DNA from: Candidatus Neptunichlamydia sp.
GTDB taxonomy: Bacteria > Chlamydiota > Chlamydiia > Chlamydiales > Simkaniaceae
DNA: 64,000 nucleotides
Assembly (NCBI GenBank): GCA_965233865.1
Contig: OZ247587.1
Location: forward strand, 1,696,001-1,760,000
Direction of reading: 5' to 3'
The position numbers and the translations under genes were made by a program. The notes below the pieces were generated by a model. It was not told where the DNA came from. It searched no databases and saw only the letters and a program-made list of their open reading frames with translations. This document shows, piece after piece, positions 13,586 through 23,805 of the stretch (positions within the stretch are counted from its first letter, which is position 1; each line of letters opens with the position of its first letter).

Positions 13586-16432
13586 TTGGGTTGCCAAGGA
13601 ATTTCTATGTCGGTAATAAAAAAAATTAAAGGATCGAATAAAGGTTTTCGGTCTTTCAAGAATACATTTAAGAAGAGAATGGATCAGCCTGAAAAACCAC
13701 AAGAACCAAGGAAGCGTTTTCCTGGAGGGTTCTTATTATTTCTATTGGCCGCTATCTTAATCATTCTGACAGTACAAAATCTGTCGAGTGATAAAGGGGG
13801 AAAGGTTTCGTTTAGCCACCAAGTGGAGCACTTGGTCAATCTCGATTTAATTCATAAAGATGATAGTCGAAAGATTGCCCAAAATGATAACCTTGTGACT
13901 TTTACAGGTAAATTTAAAGAACGACTCAGCGATGAAGCTAAAACACGTTATCGCTATTTGGAACTTCTCAATGATAGTTACCTACTTAAAGAAAAATATG
14001 GTTCTCTATCAGAGAACTTATCTTCTCTACAGGGTGATGTAGAGAAAGCTGCTGAGAGATTTCTTGTCTTGAGTGGGACTCCTATTCCAAAAGGAGGATT
14101 TAGTGTCATTGGCCCTTTTTATAATACTCAGAAAAGGCAAAACAGTGTGATAATTTACTCCCTCCCTGAAAAGAGTGAAATGAGCCTAACTGAGTTGCAA
14201 GCTGAGTATCGATCTGCCTCTCAGATCTCTACAAATAAATTTGTTAGGGAGTTTGGTGAACACCTTGAGAAGCTTATTCAAAGTTATAAATCACCGATCT
14301 TAGGGATTGGAAGTGAAGCAATGAAGCAAGAGCTTCGTGTAGCTGAGACAGATGTCGGGCAAGCGCTTGAAAACAATGATATGCCTCAGGAGGCTTTGGC
14401 GACATATCAATCAGGACTTATTGCATTGAACCAAATTACTCTGGAGCTATTAAAATCGGACAATCACATTAAATTAATTGACCTTAGAAGTGTTCGAAAT
14501 TATCGCTACGAGCTGGGTCAATATCAGGAAGTGTTTGCTGCCATTGATGATAATAAGGCGCAACTTGATAAATCTAGGAAGAGCGTTTCTGACGTGACAT
14601 GGTTTTTTAATAATAAGGAGCTTTCAACGAAAGCTTTAGAAAAACAGAGTCCTGAAGCATTTTCTCTTTGGTTTGCTCAGGGGAAGAAAGAGTGGGGAGC
14701 GTTTGCTGGGAACATGGGGACCCTTTTCAAAGCACCTGACCAACCTCGTAACCTTGTGTTGGAAAAGACGTTTAAAAGCCAGGAACCTTCACCAAATTAT
14801 CTAAGCTATATTTTCTTGACGATCTTTCCAATCGTCATTGTCCTTCTCGTTCTATACTTCATCTTTTCAAGACAAATGAAGGGAATGGGGTCGGGCGGTG
14901 CAATGAACTTCGGGAAATCCCCAGCAAAGATGCTCAACAAGAGCATGCATAAAATGACTTTTAAGGATGTTGCAGGGGTTGTAGAGGCTAAAGAAGAGCT
15001 TCAAGAAGTTGTTGATTTCCTAAAAGACCCCTCAAAGTTTACCGCACTCGGTGCACGCATTCCTAAAGGGGTTCTATTGGTTGGTCCTCCGGGAACAGGA
15101 AAAACCTTGATTGCAAAAGCGGTAGCTGGAGAGGCAGACCGTCCCTTCTTCTCGATTTCAGGTTCTGATTTTGTCGAGATGTTTGTGGGTGTTGGCGCTA
15201 GTAGGATCAGGGATCTCTTTGGCCAAGCAAAGAAGAATGCCCCTTGTATTGTCTTTATTGATGAGATTGATGCTGTGGGACGTCACCGGGGTGCCGGAAT
15301 TGGTGGTGGACACGATGAAAGAGAACAGACTTTGAACCAACTGCTTGTTGAGATGGATGGATTTGACACCAATGAAGGAGTCATCTTAATGGCTGCAACA
15401 AACCGTCCAGATGTTCTTGATAAGGCGCTGCTTAGACCTGGCCGCTTCGATCGAAATGTGATTCTTGACCTTCCCGATATAAAGGGGCGCTTTGAGATAT
15501 TGAAGGTCCATGCGAAAAAGATTAAGCTCGATGTGGATGTTGAGCTTATGGATGTTGCTAGGGCAACTCCTGGATCTTCGGGTGCTGATCTGATGAATAT
15601 TCTAAATGAAGCCGCTTTGCTTGCAGCGCGCAAAGGGCGCAGTGCTGTGATCCACCAAGATACCCTTGATGCATGCGATAAAGTAAAATATGGGAAAGAA
15701 AGGCGCAGTTTAGAACTTGGTGAAAAAGAAAAGCTCCATACGGCTTTTCACGAATCAGGACATGCTGTTGTTGGTCTGACCGTTGAGAGGGGAGACCCTA
15801 TTGAAAAAGTTACAATTATTCCACGAGGTTTCTCTCTTGGGGCGACCCATTTTGTTCCTGAGAAGAATAAGGTTAGCTACTGGAGAAAAGAACTTATCGA
15901 TCGACTTGCTATTTTGATGGGTGGGCGTGTTGCAGAAAATCTCTTTGTTGGGGATATCTCAAGCGGCGCTCAGATGGATATTTCTCAAGCGACCAAGCTT
16001 GCAAGAAGCATGGTGTGTCAGTGGGGGATGAACACAGCTCTTGGTCCGGTTGCTTATGACGAGAGGTCTGAAGAGGGAAGCTATGCAATGCCAGGACAGG
16101 CCTCCAAGAACTACTCTGAAGAAACGGCAAAGCAAATCGATTCAGAAGTGCGCAACCTTCTTGAGGAAGCCAATGCTTTTGCAAACAAGATTCTTGATGA
16201 GAACAAAGACAAAGCTCAGCTTATGGCGGATATGCTTATTGAGTTCGAGTCCTTGGATAAAGAAGATGTTCATACGATCATGGATGGCAGCTGGGATGCA
16301 GAGAAGAAGCGCGAAAAGCTCAAAGCAATGGTCGAAGCTCATCGTAAGATTCCACCACCACCACCTTCAGGTGATGAAGAGGAGTCTAAAAAAGGCGAAG
16401 ATCTAGGGCCCCCTGCGCCGCAGGGAGTTTAG
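13586..16432 (+). CDS. ftsH: ATP-dependent zinc metalloprotease FtsH, chlamydial long form
   Basis: Two TM flanking a large extracytoplasmic region, [20 protein letters not shown]; true start probably ATG 13607 or 13679. Confidence 0.97.
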   Translation: MGCQGISMSVIKKIKGSNKGFRSFKNTFKKRMDQPEKPQEPRKRFPGGFLLFLLAAILIILTVQNLSSDKGGKVSFSHQVEHLVNLDLIHKDDSRKIAQNDNLVTFTGKFKERLSDEAKTRYRYLELLNDSYLLKEKYGSLSENLSSLQGDVEKAAERFLVLSGTPIPKGGFSVIGPFYNTQKRQNSVIIYSLPEKSEMSLTELQAEYRSASQISTNKFVREFGEHLEKLIQSYKSPILGIGSEAMKQELRVAETDVGQALENNDMPQEALATYQSGLIALNQITLELLKSDNHIKLIDLRSVRNYRYELGQYQEVFAAIDDNKAQLDKSRKSVSDVTWFFNNKELSTKALEKQSPEAFSLWFAQGKKEWGAFAGNMGTLFKAPDQPRNLVLEKTFKSQEPSPNYLSYIFLTIFPIVIVLLVLYFIFSRQMKGMGSGGAMNFGKSPAKMLNKSMHKMTFKDVAGVVEAKEELQEVVDFLKDPSKFTALGARIPKGVLLVGPPGTGKTLIAKAVAGEADRPFFSISGSDFVEMFVGVGASRIRDLFGQAKKNAPCIVFIDEIDAVGRHRGAGIGGGHDEREQTLNQLLVEMDGFDTNEGVILMAATNRPDVLDKALLRPGRFDRNVILDLPDIKGRFEILKVHAKKIKLDVDVELMDVARATPGSSGADLMNILNEAALLAARKGRSAVIHQDTLDACDKVKYGKERRSLELGEKEKLHTAFHESGHAVVGLTVERGDPIEKVTIIPRGFSLGATHFVPEKNKVSYWRKELIDRLAILMGGRVAENLFVGDISSGAQMDISQATKLARSMVCQWGMNTALGPVAYDERSEEGSYAMPGQASKNYSEETAKQIDSEVRNLLEEANAFANKILDENKDKAQLMADMLIEFESLDKEDVHTIMDGSWDAEKKREKLKAMVEAHRKIPPPPPSGDEEESKKGEDLGPPAPQGV

Positions 16433-16508
16433 ACAGTGTTGTCAAGTAATTCTTATTGAAAGGGTTCTTTGACGACACCATCTAGCATTCACAATTCATT
16501 CCGACTTT

Positions 16509-16730
16509 TTAGATGCTAAGTAATACTAACCGCTGACGGGAACATAAAGACCGGACTAGGGTTGGATTATCTGAAAATTCATTCCATGCTTCGCAACATG
16601 GATTAAATAAATCTTCATCATCTCTAAAACATCGATTTGAAAGATGAGATCTCTTCAAGTACTTCTAAATTTGCTCACAAGGATTGAGTTCAGGTGATGC
16701 CAGAGGAAGGGGCATCAGTGTCAGATTTGC
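16509..16730 (-). pseudogene. IS630-family transposase C-terminal remnant
   Basis: Manual translation ANLTLMPLPLASPELNPCEQI*KYLKRSHLSNRCF...CCEAWNEF; SPELNPxE motif, conserved Trp mutated to TAG. Confidence 0.85.
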
Positions 16731-16865
16731 AGACTAGTTGAAATCAAGAAGAGGTTATCACTGTATCAATAAAATTTTCAATTAGTATAACTCAATTGTT
16801 ATATTTTCTTGAAGGGCATATCCAATTTCAGTACTCCCTGGAAACCCTATTTATTCCATAGGTAG

Positions 16866-16894
16866 TATAGCTAAAACAACTCACTTTAGCTATA
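16866..16894. repeat. 29-bp mini element made of IS630-like termini
   Basis: TATAGCTAAA-ACAACTCAC-TTTAGCTATA; right half nearly identical to ACAACTCCTTTAGCTATA at 31938-31955. Confidence 0.6.
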
Positions 16895-17084
16895 TCAATC
16901 CAATATCTATAGAATTTTTTATCAATGGACAGCACAATCTATTGAGAATTACACGTATTCTCTCTAGATCTTGCTATTGAATTTTATAATTAATTAAAGG
17001 GGCCTTTATTAAGGTCCTAAAAAACTAGATTTCTCTAGGGTTATTATTGAATTCTTAATGCCCCCTTTGAAGGAGGCGTAGTAT

Positions 17085-19202
17085 TTATTTTGCAACAGGT
17101 GCTTCGAGAAGTGCCTTGCGGCTAAGGCGGATTTTTCCGTTGCGATCAATTTCAAGGACTTTCACCTCAATCTCATCACCTTCTTTGAAGTGATCATCAA
17201 TATTATTGACGCGCTCATGAGCAATCTCTGAGATGTGGCAAAGCCCTTGAACATTTAGGAAAGCAACAAAAAGACCGAAGTCTTTAATCGTGACAACTTT
17301 TCCTTTGTAGGTCTTACCGATCTCAGCCTCTGCTGTAAGATCGTGGACGATTTGGCGTGCTCGGGCCATTCCTTCAGCAGAGTTAGAAGCAATGCTCACA
17401 TAGCCATTATCATCGATATTGATGTCAACACCTGTCTCTTCAACAATTGCGCGGATCTGTTTTCCTCCAGGACCAATAATCGTGCCGATTTGGCTTGGTT
17501 TGACTTTGATGGTTTCAATTCGCGGTGCATATTGAGACAAGTCATCTTTCGATTTAGGGCAGGCTTCAAGCATCTTATTGAGTATGTGGACACGTCCTTC
17601 TTTTGCTTGAGCAAGTGCAATTTTCATGATTTGTTTGTTGATGCCTTCAACCTTGATATCTAGTTGGAAGGCTGTAATTCCCTTCTCATCACCAGCGATT
17701 TTAAAGTCCATATCACCAAGAGCATCTTCCATTCCTAAGATGTCAGAGAGAATTGCGTAGTTTTCACCCTCAAGAATTAATCCCATTGCAATTCCTGCGA
17801 TCGGGCGTTTGATTGGAACTCCTGCTTCCATCATGGATAGGCATCCACCACAAACAGCGGCCATTGAAGAGGAACCATTAGATTCGGTAGTATTGGACTC
17901 AAGGCGTATGGTGTAAGGAAATGAATCTTTCTTAGGGACGATCGCTTGAAGCGAGCGTTCAGCAAGTTTTCCGTGTCCTATTTCTCGTCTTCCTGGAGAA
18001 CCCATGCGTCCCACTTCGCCTACTGAGTAAGGAGGGAAGGAGTACTGGAGGTAAAAATTGCGAAGTCCATCTGAATAGTCGAGGGTTTCGTAACGTTGTC
18101 CCATCGATTCACTACCAAGCGTACAGACAGAAATAGATTGCGTTTCACCGCGAGTAAACAACGTGCTACCATGAGTTCGTGGGAGGAGCCCCATTTCGAT
18201 CCAAATCTGACGTACGTCGGAGGTTCCCCTTCCGTCGCACCGTTGTTTCTTTTTAAGGACCATTTGCCGCATGTGGTGGGCTGTAACTTTTTTCATTGCC
18301 ATTGAAACTTCAAAAGGTTTGTATTTTGCACCTTCTTCAGGAAGAAGAGTTTCTTTAACTGTTTTACGGATAGCTGAAAGAGCATCTTCACGTACTTGCT
18401 TCTCAACAATGCGAATGGCATCTTGCAAGGGAGTTTCCATGATCGCGTTCACATCTTCTTTCAGTCCTTCAGGAAGGAATCTTAGGTCTGCACGGTTTTT
18501 CTCTTTCCCAACAACCTGCTGCCAATCCGAAAGCTTTTGGCAGATCGTTTTAATCGCTTCATGGCCTTCATCAATCGAATCCATGATCTGATCTTCATCC
18601 AAGAAATCGCAATAGCCTTCGATCATTAAGATTGCATCTTCTGTACCAGCTAAGAGTAGGTCGAGAACAGAGCTTTCCATTTCTTCTTTAGTTGGATTGA
18701 TGACAAATCTTCCTTCAATCATACCGACACGGACTGCTGCAATTGGCTTAATAAAGGGGATTTCAGAAATAACAAGTGCGGCAGCAGCTGCACAAATTGC
18801 TAGGGGCTCTGTTGGATTAACGCCATCATATGAGAGAACTTTTGTGATCACTTGGGTATCATTATAGTATCCATCTTCAAACATTGGGCGGATAGGTCTG
18901 TCAGTGAGGCGACAAGTGAGGACTTCTTTCTCACTTGGTCTTCCTTCTCGTTTGATAAAGCCACCAAGGGTTTTCCCTGCTGAGGAGAATTTTTCTTGGT
19001 AGTCGACCCTCAAAGGAAGGAAGTCCACCTCATCAAGAGGAGCTCCCATGCAAGCAGTAGATAAGAGCATTGTGTCCCCGGAGCGAATCATGACAGATCC
19101 ACCTGCTTGGCGGGCGATTTTTCCTGTTTCGAATGAAATTTCCTTTCCGCCTACTGAGACGGTGATCGACTGAGCTTCGAGATTTTGCTGTTTTGATTCC
19201 AT
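17085..19202 (-). CDS. pnp: Polyribonucleotide nucleotidyltransferase
   Basis: Two RNase PH domains (RREIGHG, ESNGSSSMA, GDMDFK), KH and S1. Confidence 0.98.
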   Translation of the reverse strand: MESKQQNLEAQSITVSVGGKEISFETGKIARQAGGSVMIRSGDTMLLSTACMGAPLDEVDFLPLRVDYQEKFSSAGKTLGGFIKREGRPSEKEVLTCRLTDRPIRPMFEDGYYNDTQVITKVLSYDGVNPTEPLAICAAAAALVISEIPFIKPIAAVRVGMIEGRFVINPTKEEMESSVLDLLLAGTEDAILMIEGYCDFLDEDQIMDSIDEGHEAIKTICQKLSDWQQVVGKEKNRADLRFLPEGLKEDVNAIMETPLQDAIRIVEKQVREDALSAIRKTVKETLLPEEGAKYKPFEVSMAMKKVTAHHMRQMVLKKKQRCDGRGTSDVRQIWIEMGLLPRTHGSTLFTRGETQSISVCTLGSESMGQRYETLDYSDGLRNFYLQYSFPPYSVGEVGRMGSPGRREIGHGKLAERSLQAIVPKKDSFPYTIRLESNTTESNGSSSMAAVCGGCLSMMEAGVPIKRPIAGIAMGLILEGENYAILSDILGMEDALGDMDFKIAGDEKGITAFQLDIKVEGINKQIMKIALAQAKEGRVHILNKMLEACPKSKDDLSQYAPRIETIKVKPSQIGTIIGPGGKQIRAIVEETGVDINIDDNGYVSIASNSAEGMARARQIVHDLTAEAEIGKTYKGKVVTIKDFGLFVAFLNVQGLCHISEIAHERVNNIDDHFKEGDEIEVKVLEIDRNGKIRLSRKALLEAPVAK

Positions 19203-19229
19203 GGGACTCCTATTACTGGGTGAGGATCG

Positions 19230-19258
19230 AGTTTATCAGGAAGATATAATAGATGCAA
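19230..19258 (-). promoter_or_regulatory. Putative sigma66/70 promoter of pnp
   Basis: TTGCAT-N17-TAAACT on minus strand between rpsO terminator and pnp RBS. Confidence 0.55.
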
Positions 19259-19271
19259 GAAAGGAAATTTT

Positions 19272-19304
19272 AAAAAAGTCCTAGGAGGAGACTCTCCTAG
19301 GACT
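19272..19304 (-). terminator. Intrinsic terminator after rpsO
   Basis: GTCCTAGGAG...CTCCTAGGAC stem followed by T6 on minus strand. Confidence 0.85.
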
Positions 19305-19317
19305 TGAATTTAAGATT

Positions 19318-19587
19318 TTACTTACGAAGATTCAGACGATTAATGAGCGTTTGATAACGCTTGGTATCCGTTGAATTTAAGTAATCAAGAAGCTTACGTC
19401 GTTGGCCAACTAGCTTGAGAAGGGCAAGCCGAGAGGCGTGATCCTTCGGAGCGAGCTTCAAGTGGTCTGTAAGCTCTGTGATTCTTTCAGTAAGGATGGC
19501 AATCTGTACATCAGCTGAGCCAGTATCCTTCTCGTGAAGTTGAAACTTCTTAGTAATTTCTTCTTTAGTACCTTTATCTAAAGACAT
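19318..19587 (-). CDS. rpsO: 30S ribosomal protein S15
   Basis: [31 protein letters not shown]. Confidence 0.98.
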   Translation of the reverse strand: MSLDKGTKEEITKKFQLHEKDTGSADVQIAILTERITELTDHLKLAPKDHASRLALLKLVGQRRKLLDYLNSTDTKRYQTLINRLNLRK

Positions 19588-19659
19588 TTATTTATACTCC
19601 CGATATAGACATTATTGTTAGACAGGACTTAGACATAAATTCATCATGTGACGGCCTTC

Positions 19660-19688
19660 ATTGTACCAAGGGTGGATATATATTTCAA
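19660..19688 (-). promoter_or_regulatory. Putative promoter of rpsO
   Basis: TTGAAA-N17-TACAAT on minus strand. Confidence 0.65.
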
Positions 19689-19717
19689 GCCAAGGGTTAT
19701 TCAAACTATCTTTTACC

Positions 19718-19746
19718 TTCACGGTCAATCTTTTTTGGGTTATAAT
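19718..19746 (+). promoter_or_regulatory. Putative promoter of tadA
   Basis: TTCACG-N17-TATAAT, 9 nt before ATG 19756. Confidence 0.55.
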
Positions 19747-19755
19747 GTGCCTGAT

Positions 19756-20247
19756 ATGGATAAGATTTTTTTTGATACAAAGATGATGGAAGAAGCGCTT
19801 AAGGAAGCGCAAAAAGCCTACGATCTAGACGAAGTCCCTGTTGGCGCTATTCTCACACACCATGGAAAAGTCCTTTCCAGAGCTTATAATCAGATGGAGG
19901 GGCTGAGAGATCCTTCCGCTCATGCTGAACTCCTTTGTATTCGTGAGGGAGCGCGTTTCCTAGGAGATTGGCGTCTTTTAGAGACAACTCTTTATACAAC
20001 CCTAGAGCCCTGCCTTATGTGCGCCGGGGCTCTTCTTCTGGCTCGCGTGGGCCGTATTGTCTACGGAGCAGCAGATTTGCGCCATGGAGCTCATGGAAGT
20101 TACTTAAATGTCTTTGAGAAAAAACATCCGACCCACACCACTCAGATAGAAGGAGGGCTTCTCGAAGCTCAATCTGCCAAACTAATGAAAAATTTTTTTA
20201 AACAGCGAAGGAAAAAAAATGAAGCAGCAGTTGAAAACCCTCTTTAA
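19756..20247 (+). CDS. tadA: tRNA adenosine(34) deaminase
   Basis: EVPVGA, HAE, TLEPCLMCAGA; start moved from 19648 to 19756. Confidence 0.93.
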   Translation: MDKIFFDTKMMEEALKEAQKAYDLDEVPVGAILTHHGKVLSRAYNQMEGLRDPSAHAELLCIREGARFLGDWRLLETTLYTTLEPCLMCAGALLLARVGRIVYGAADLRHGAHGSYLNVFEKKHPTHTTQIEGGLLEAQSAKLMKNFFKQRRKKNEAAVENPL

Positions 20248-20449
20248 TGAGCTTATCGATTTTCAAGAAAAGAAGCTCCTGAGCTGCGCAGCCACAATTA
20301 TTCCGAATATTACAACTGATGACATCCTCCAACCTAATGATTATCCTGAGCTAGAAAACCATCCCTTTTTTCGGTATGAAGAAGGTGTGCTCAAAGGGCT
20401 TCATTCTGCAAAAATGGCAGTTTTAGCTCAGCAGAAAGAGATCTATTAG
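20219..20449 (+). CDS. Small hypothetical protein
   Basis: 76-aa ORF overlapping the tadA end, protein-like composition. Confidence 0.7.
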   Translation: MKQQLKTLFNELIDFQEKKLLSCAATIIPNITTDDILQPNDYPELENHPFFRYEEGVLKGLHSAKMAVLAQQKEIY

Positions 20450-20493
20450 ATAGTCTTACTTAAAAGCAACGTAGTGTATTCGATGACACTATC

Positions 20494-21411
20494 TTAGGAT
20501 TGGATGCGGGAGATGCGCCACATGCGGAAACGCTCGCGTATTGTAAGGGAAGCTTTTCCTTCTTGAGAAATTTTATCGAGGCATGCATCCATGAATTCGT
20601 TGTCGTTGATAATAGCTTTTCCAGTCTTGAAATCGTAAACTTTTGAGGATTGCACTTTGATATCAACAACCTTTTTAAAGCGCGCCCGCATCTTTCGTTT
20701 GAAATAGATAATGCGCTTTTCTATCTTGTGTAGACGATAGAACGGCCCAAGGATTTCCCAGGCAAGCACAGAATAAAAATATCCGTAGAGCATGGCTCCA
20801 AGAGTTACGAGGAATGAGAGAGAGTTTCCATTAGAGAAATCAAGAAAGAGGTTTACAGCAATCAGGCCAAAAACAAGCCATTTTGCGCGAACCGGGAAGA
20901 GTAAAAAGAGCATAACATTGGCTTCAGGAAAGAGAAATGCCCAGGCAATGAGTAAGATGTAGATGGATGTTATAGCGCCTGCAAAAGGGAGCGCAGATCC
21001 AACAAGGAATAGACACATGTAGGCGATCAGGCCAACAAAAATGGCGCCACCAAAGTAGAGGCCTATAAAATGTTTCTTGCCACGGTCCTGAATTAGAGAA
21101 GAGCCAATTGCCCATAGCAAATAGAGGTTAAAAAAGACATGGAGGATAAGGGCCATGGAAATCCCTCCACCAGCAAGGGGCTGAATGAAGAGGTAAGAGA
21201 TAAATTGCCAAATAAAAAAATTGCGAATACCCCACGTTGTTAGGCTGAATAGGTGTTGAGGGCTGTAGGTGTGAAAAACTTGTGTAAAAAGATCGTTTGA
21301 AATGAGCGAGAAAAAACTTAAAATAAGCGTCGCAATAATTGTCCATTTGATAATTTTCGGGGTAGCCCTGGGGCCTAAACGAAATGCTTGAGAGTTGTCC
21401 ATCATATCCAA
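20494..21411 (-). CDS. Rhomboid-family membrane protein, catalytic Ser and His apparently absent
   Basis: [13 protein letters not shown], six TM, C-terminal LDKISxxGxxSLT tail; GAIT replaces GxSG and VTLGA replaces xHLGG. Confidence 0.8.
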   Translation of the reverse strand: MDMMDNSQAFRLGPRATPKIIKWTIIATLILSFFSLISNDLFTQVFHTYSPQHLFSLTTWGIRNFFIWQFISYLFIQPLAGGGISMALILHVFFNLYLLWAIGSSLIQDRGKKHFIGLYFGGAIFVGLIAYMCLFLVGSALPFAGAITSIYILLIAWAFLFPEANVMLFLLFPVRAKWLVFGLIAVNLFLDFSNGNSLSFLVTLGAMLYGYFYSVLAWEILGPFYRLHKIEKRIIYFKRKMRARFKKVVDIKVQSSKVYDFKTGKAIINDNEFMDACLDKISQEGKASLTIRERFRMWRISRIQS

Positions 21412-21518
21412 AGATTACCATATTCATGAATAAAAAATCAGTTTTTATGTTGTTTTTTATCTTCAAAAGAGGTTTAATCCCTCAGGAAAAACGACGATTA
21501 TTATCAAAGGAATTTTCA

Positions 21519-21878
21519 ATGAAGAAAGAAGGCCACCCTCCTTACCAGGACATCCTATTTGTAGATACAGCTACTGGACATAAATTTGTTTGTGGAAGCA
21601 CCTTGCAGCCCAAGGAAACTGATACTTACGAGGGAGAAAAGTACCCAGTCTATAAAGTGCCCATTTCTTCTGCTTCTCATCCTTTCTTTACCGGAAGTCA
21701 GCAATTTGTTGATTCCGAAGGACGGGTTGATAAGTTTAAAAAACGTTACAGCCGGAAACCTCAGGCAGAAAAGCAAGCTCAAAACAAAGAGCAAGAAGAT
21801 CAGGGAAAGAAAAAACCTGCTGCTAAAAAAACTGTTGTCAGAAAAACTGCGACGAAAAAAACTCCTCCTAAGGAGTAA
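21519..21878 (+). CDS. rpmE: 50S ribosomal protein L31 type B with Lys-rich tail
   Basis: [29 protein letters not shown]; no CxxC pairs. Confidence 0.95.
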   Translation: MKKEGHPPYQDILFVDTATGHKFVCGSTLQPKETDTYEGEKYPVYKVPISSASHPFFTGSQQFVDSEGRVDKFKKRYSRKPQAEKQAQNKEQEDQGKKKPAAKKTVVRKTATKKTPPKE

Positions 21879-21880
21879 TT

Positions 21881-22945
21881 TTGGAACAGAAACTGCAGGG
21901 GCTCTTGAATCGTTTTGAAGAGGTTGAAGCTGCCTTAGGCGCTCCCGGCATTCATTCGGATCAAAAGAAGTTTAGAGAGCTCTCGCAAGAGCATTCTTAC
22001 TTATCGGATCTCAAGGATGTTTACGAGCAGTTTCAAACCAGTAAAAAAGACCTTGGAAATAATCAGAATCTCCTAAAAGAAGAAAAAGACCCTGAATTTT
22101 CCGAGGTCATTCGTGAAGAAATTGAGAGTCTTAAGGAAAAAATAGCAAATCTGCAAGCTAAAATTGAAACTCTTCTTGTCCCTCCCGATCCTAACGATCA
22201 TGCTAATGTGATTATGGAGATCCGCGCAGGAACAGGAGGTGATGAAGCAGCAATCTTTGTAGGAGATTGCGTACGCATGTACCGCCTCTTTGCTGATAAA
22301 ATGGGATGGAAGTATGAAACCCTTTCACTTGCAGTTTCTGAAGCAGGGGGGTATAAAGAATATGTCATCTCTCTCACTGGGAAAAACGTTCATCGTCACC
22401 TCCAATATGAAGCAGGAATACACCGCGTTCAACGGGTTCCTGTAACCGAGACACAAGGGCGAGTTCATACCTCGGTAATCACAGTTGCTGTCTTAATGGA
22501 GCCTACTGAAGAAGAAAAAATTGTGATCGATGAGAGTGAGCTAAAAATCGATACATACCGTGCATCAGGAGCTGGTGGGCAGCACGTTAACACAACTGAC
22601 TCTGCTGTTCGGATTACGCACGTCCCTTCGGGTGTTGTTGTTTACTGCCAAGAAGAACGTTCACAGCACAAAAACAAAGAAAAAGCTCTTCGAGTTCTTG
22701 TGGCCAAGCTTGCTGAAGAACAGCGGCGCAAGCTACACGAGGAGCGGGCTTCACTTCGCTCAAGCCAAGTTGGCACAGGCGACCGCTCTGGGAGAATTCG
22801 CACTTATAACTATTCCCAAAATCGGGTGACCGATCATCGCATTAATCTTACTCTTTATAAGCTAGATCAAATCATGGAAGGGGACTTATCTGAGATGACA
22901 GAAGCTCTTATTGGGCATTTCTATCAGGAAAAGCTTCATGCGTAA
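21881..22945 (+). CDS. prfA: Peptide chain release factor 1
   Basis: PVT tripeptide, GAGGQ motif. Confidence 0.98.
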   Translation: MEQKLQGLLNRFEEVEAALGAPGIHSDQKKFRELSQEHSYLSDLKDVYEQFQTSKKDLGNNQNLLKEEKDPEFSEVIREEIESLKEKIANLQAKIETLLVPPDPNDHANVIMEIRAGTGGDEAAIFVGDCVRMYRLFADKMGWKYETLSLAVSEAGGYKEYVISLTGKNVHRHLQYEAGIHRVQRVPVTETQGRVHTSVITVAVLMEPTEEEKIVIDESELKIDTYRASGAGGQHVNTTDSAVRITHVPSGVVVYCQEERSQHKNKEKALRVLVAKLAEEQRRKLHEERASLRSSQVGTGDRSGRIRTYNYSQNRVTDHRINLTLYKLDQIMEGDLSEMTEALIGHFYQEKLHA

Positions 22946-23780
22946 TATCCGCGAGCTTGTTAAGCTTTCCACGGATTTTCTAGAAAAGAAAGGCGTTTCC
23001 CATGCGCGGCGCGTGGCTGAAGAGCTTCTTGCAGCCCTTCTTAATCAGAAACGATTAGAGCTCTACTTTGATTATGATGCACCCGTTGAAGAAAATGAGG
23101 TTGTAAAGTACCGAGAGTGGATTAAGAGGAAAGGGAATAAAGAACCTCTAGCATATATTCTAGGAGAAGTGGAGTTTTTGGGCCTTACCCTTAAGGTGAA
23201 CTCAGAAACCCTTATTCCAAGACAAGAAACGGAAATCCTTGCTGACCTAGTGGTGAAATCTTTTCCTAAAGAATCTTGTATTGTTTGGGATCTCTGTACA
23301 GGAAGTGGATGTCTTGGGCTTGCAATTAAGAACAAGCGTGCAGACTGCTCTGTTAGCCTCTCAGACATTTCCACAGAAGCGCTTGCTGTTGCAAGAGAAA
23401 ATGCACTTTTAAACGAGCTTGCTGTTGAGATTATTGAGGGAGACTTACTAGCCCCTTTTAAGGGAAAGAAATGTGACATTTTAGTCTGTAACCCTCCTTA
23501 TATCACTCAGGATGAATATGAAGAATTAGAAGATGAGGTGCGCCTCTATGAGCCCAAACGAGCCTTAGTAGGTGAAAGTGACTTCTATGAGCAGTTATCG
23601 CTAGATCTTCCTGCCTACCTTAACCCAGGTGCAAAACTTTTTTTTGAGATAGGGGCGGGCCAAGGGGGAGTTCTTCATGCTCTATTTAATCAAAGTCATT
23701 GGAAACAAAAGCGGTGTGAAAAAGATTGGGCCGGTCATGACCGTTTCTTTTTCCTTGAGTATCACCCAAAAACAGAGTAA
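22938..23780 (+). CDS. prmC: Release factor glutamine methyltransferase
   Basis: [19 protein letters not shown]; follows prfA. Confidence 0.96.
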   Translation: MRNIRELVKLSTDFLEKKGVSHARRVAEELLAALLNQKRLELYFDYDAPVEENEVVKYREWIKRKGNKEPLAYILGEVEFLGLTLKVNSETLIPRQETEILADLVVKSFPKESCIVWDLCTGSGCLGLAIKNKRADCSVSLSDISTEALAVARENALLNELAVEIIEGDLLAPFKGKKCDILVCNPPYITQDEYEELEDEVRLYEPKRALVGESDFYEQLSLDLPAYLNPGAKLFFEIGAGQGGVLHALFNQSHWKQKRCEKDWAGHDRFFFLEYHPKTE

Positions 23781-23805
23781 AATAGATTCTTTCAAGGAGT
23801 ACTGA

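Noticed and set aside
13800..14790. Large insertion in FtsH as an intein or novel fusion
   Set aside because: It lies between the two TM helices, has no intein terminal motifs, and a long FtsH is normal in chlamydiae
21384..21518. N-terminal extensions of rpmE (and likewise rplM, groES, pdhA, prmC, DUF151) in the ORF track
   Set aside because: Longest-ORF artefacts; family-typical starts lie downstream
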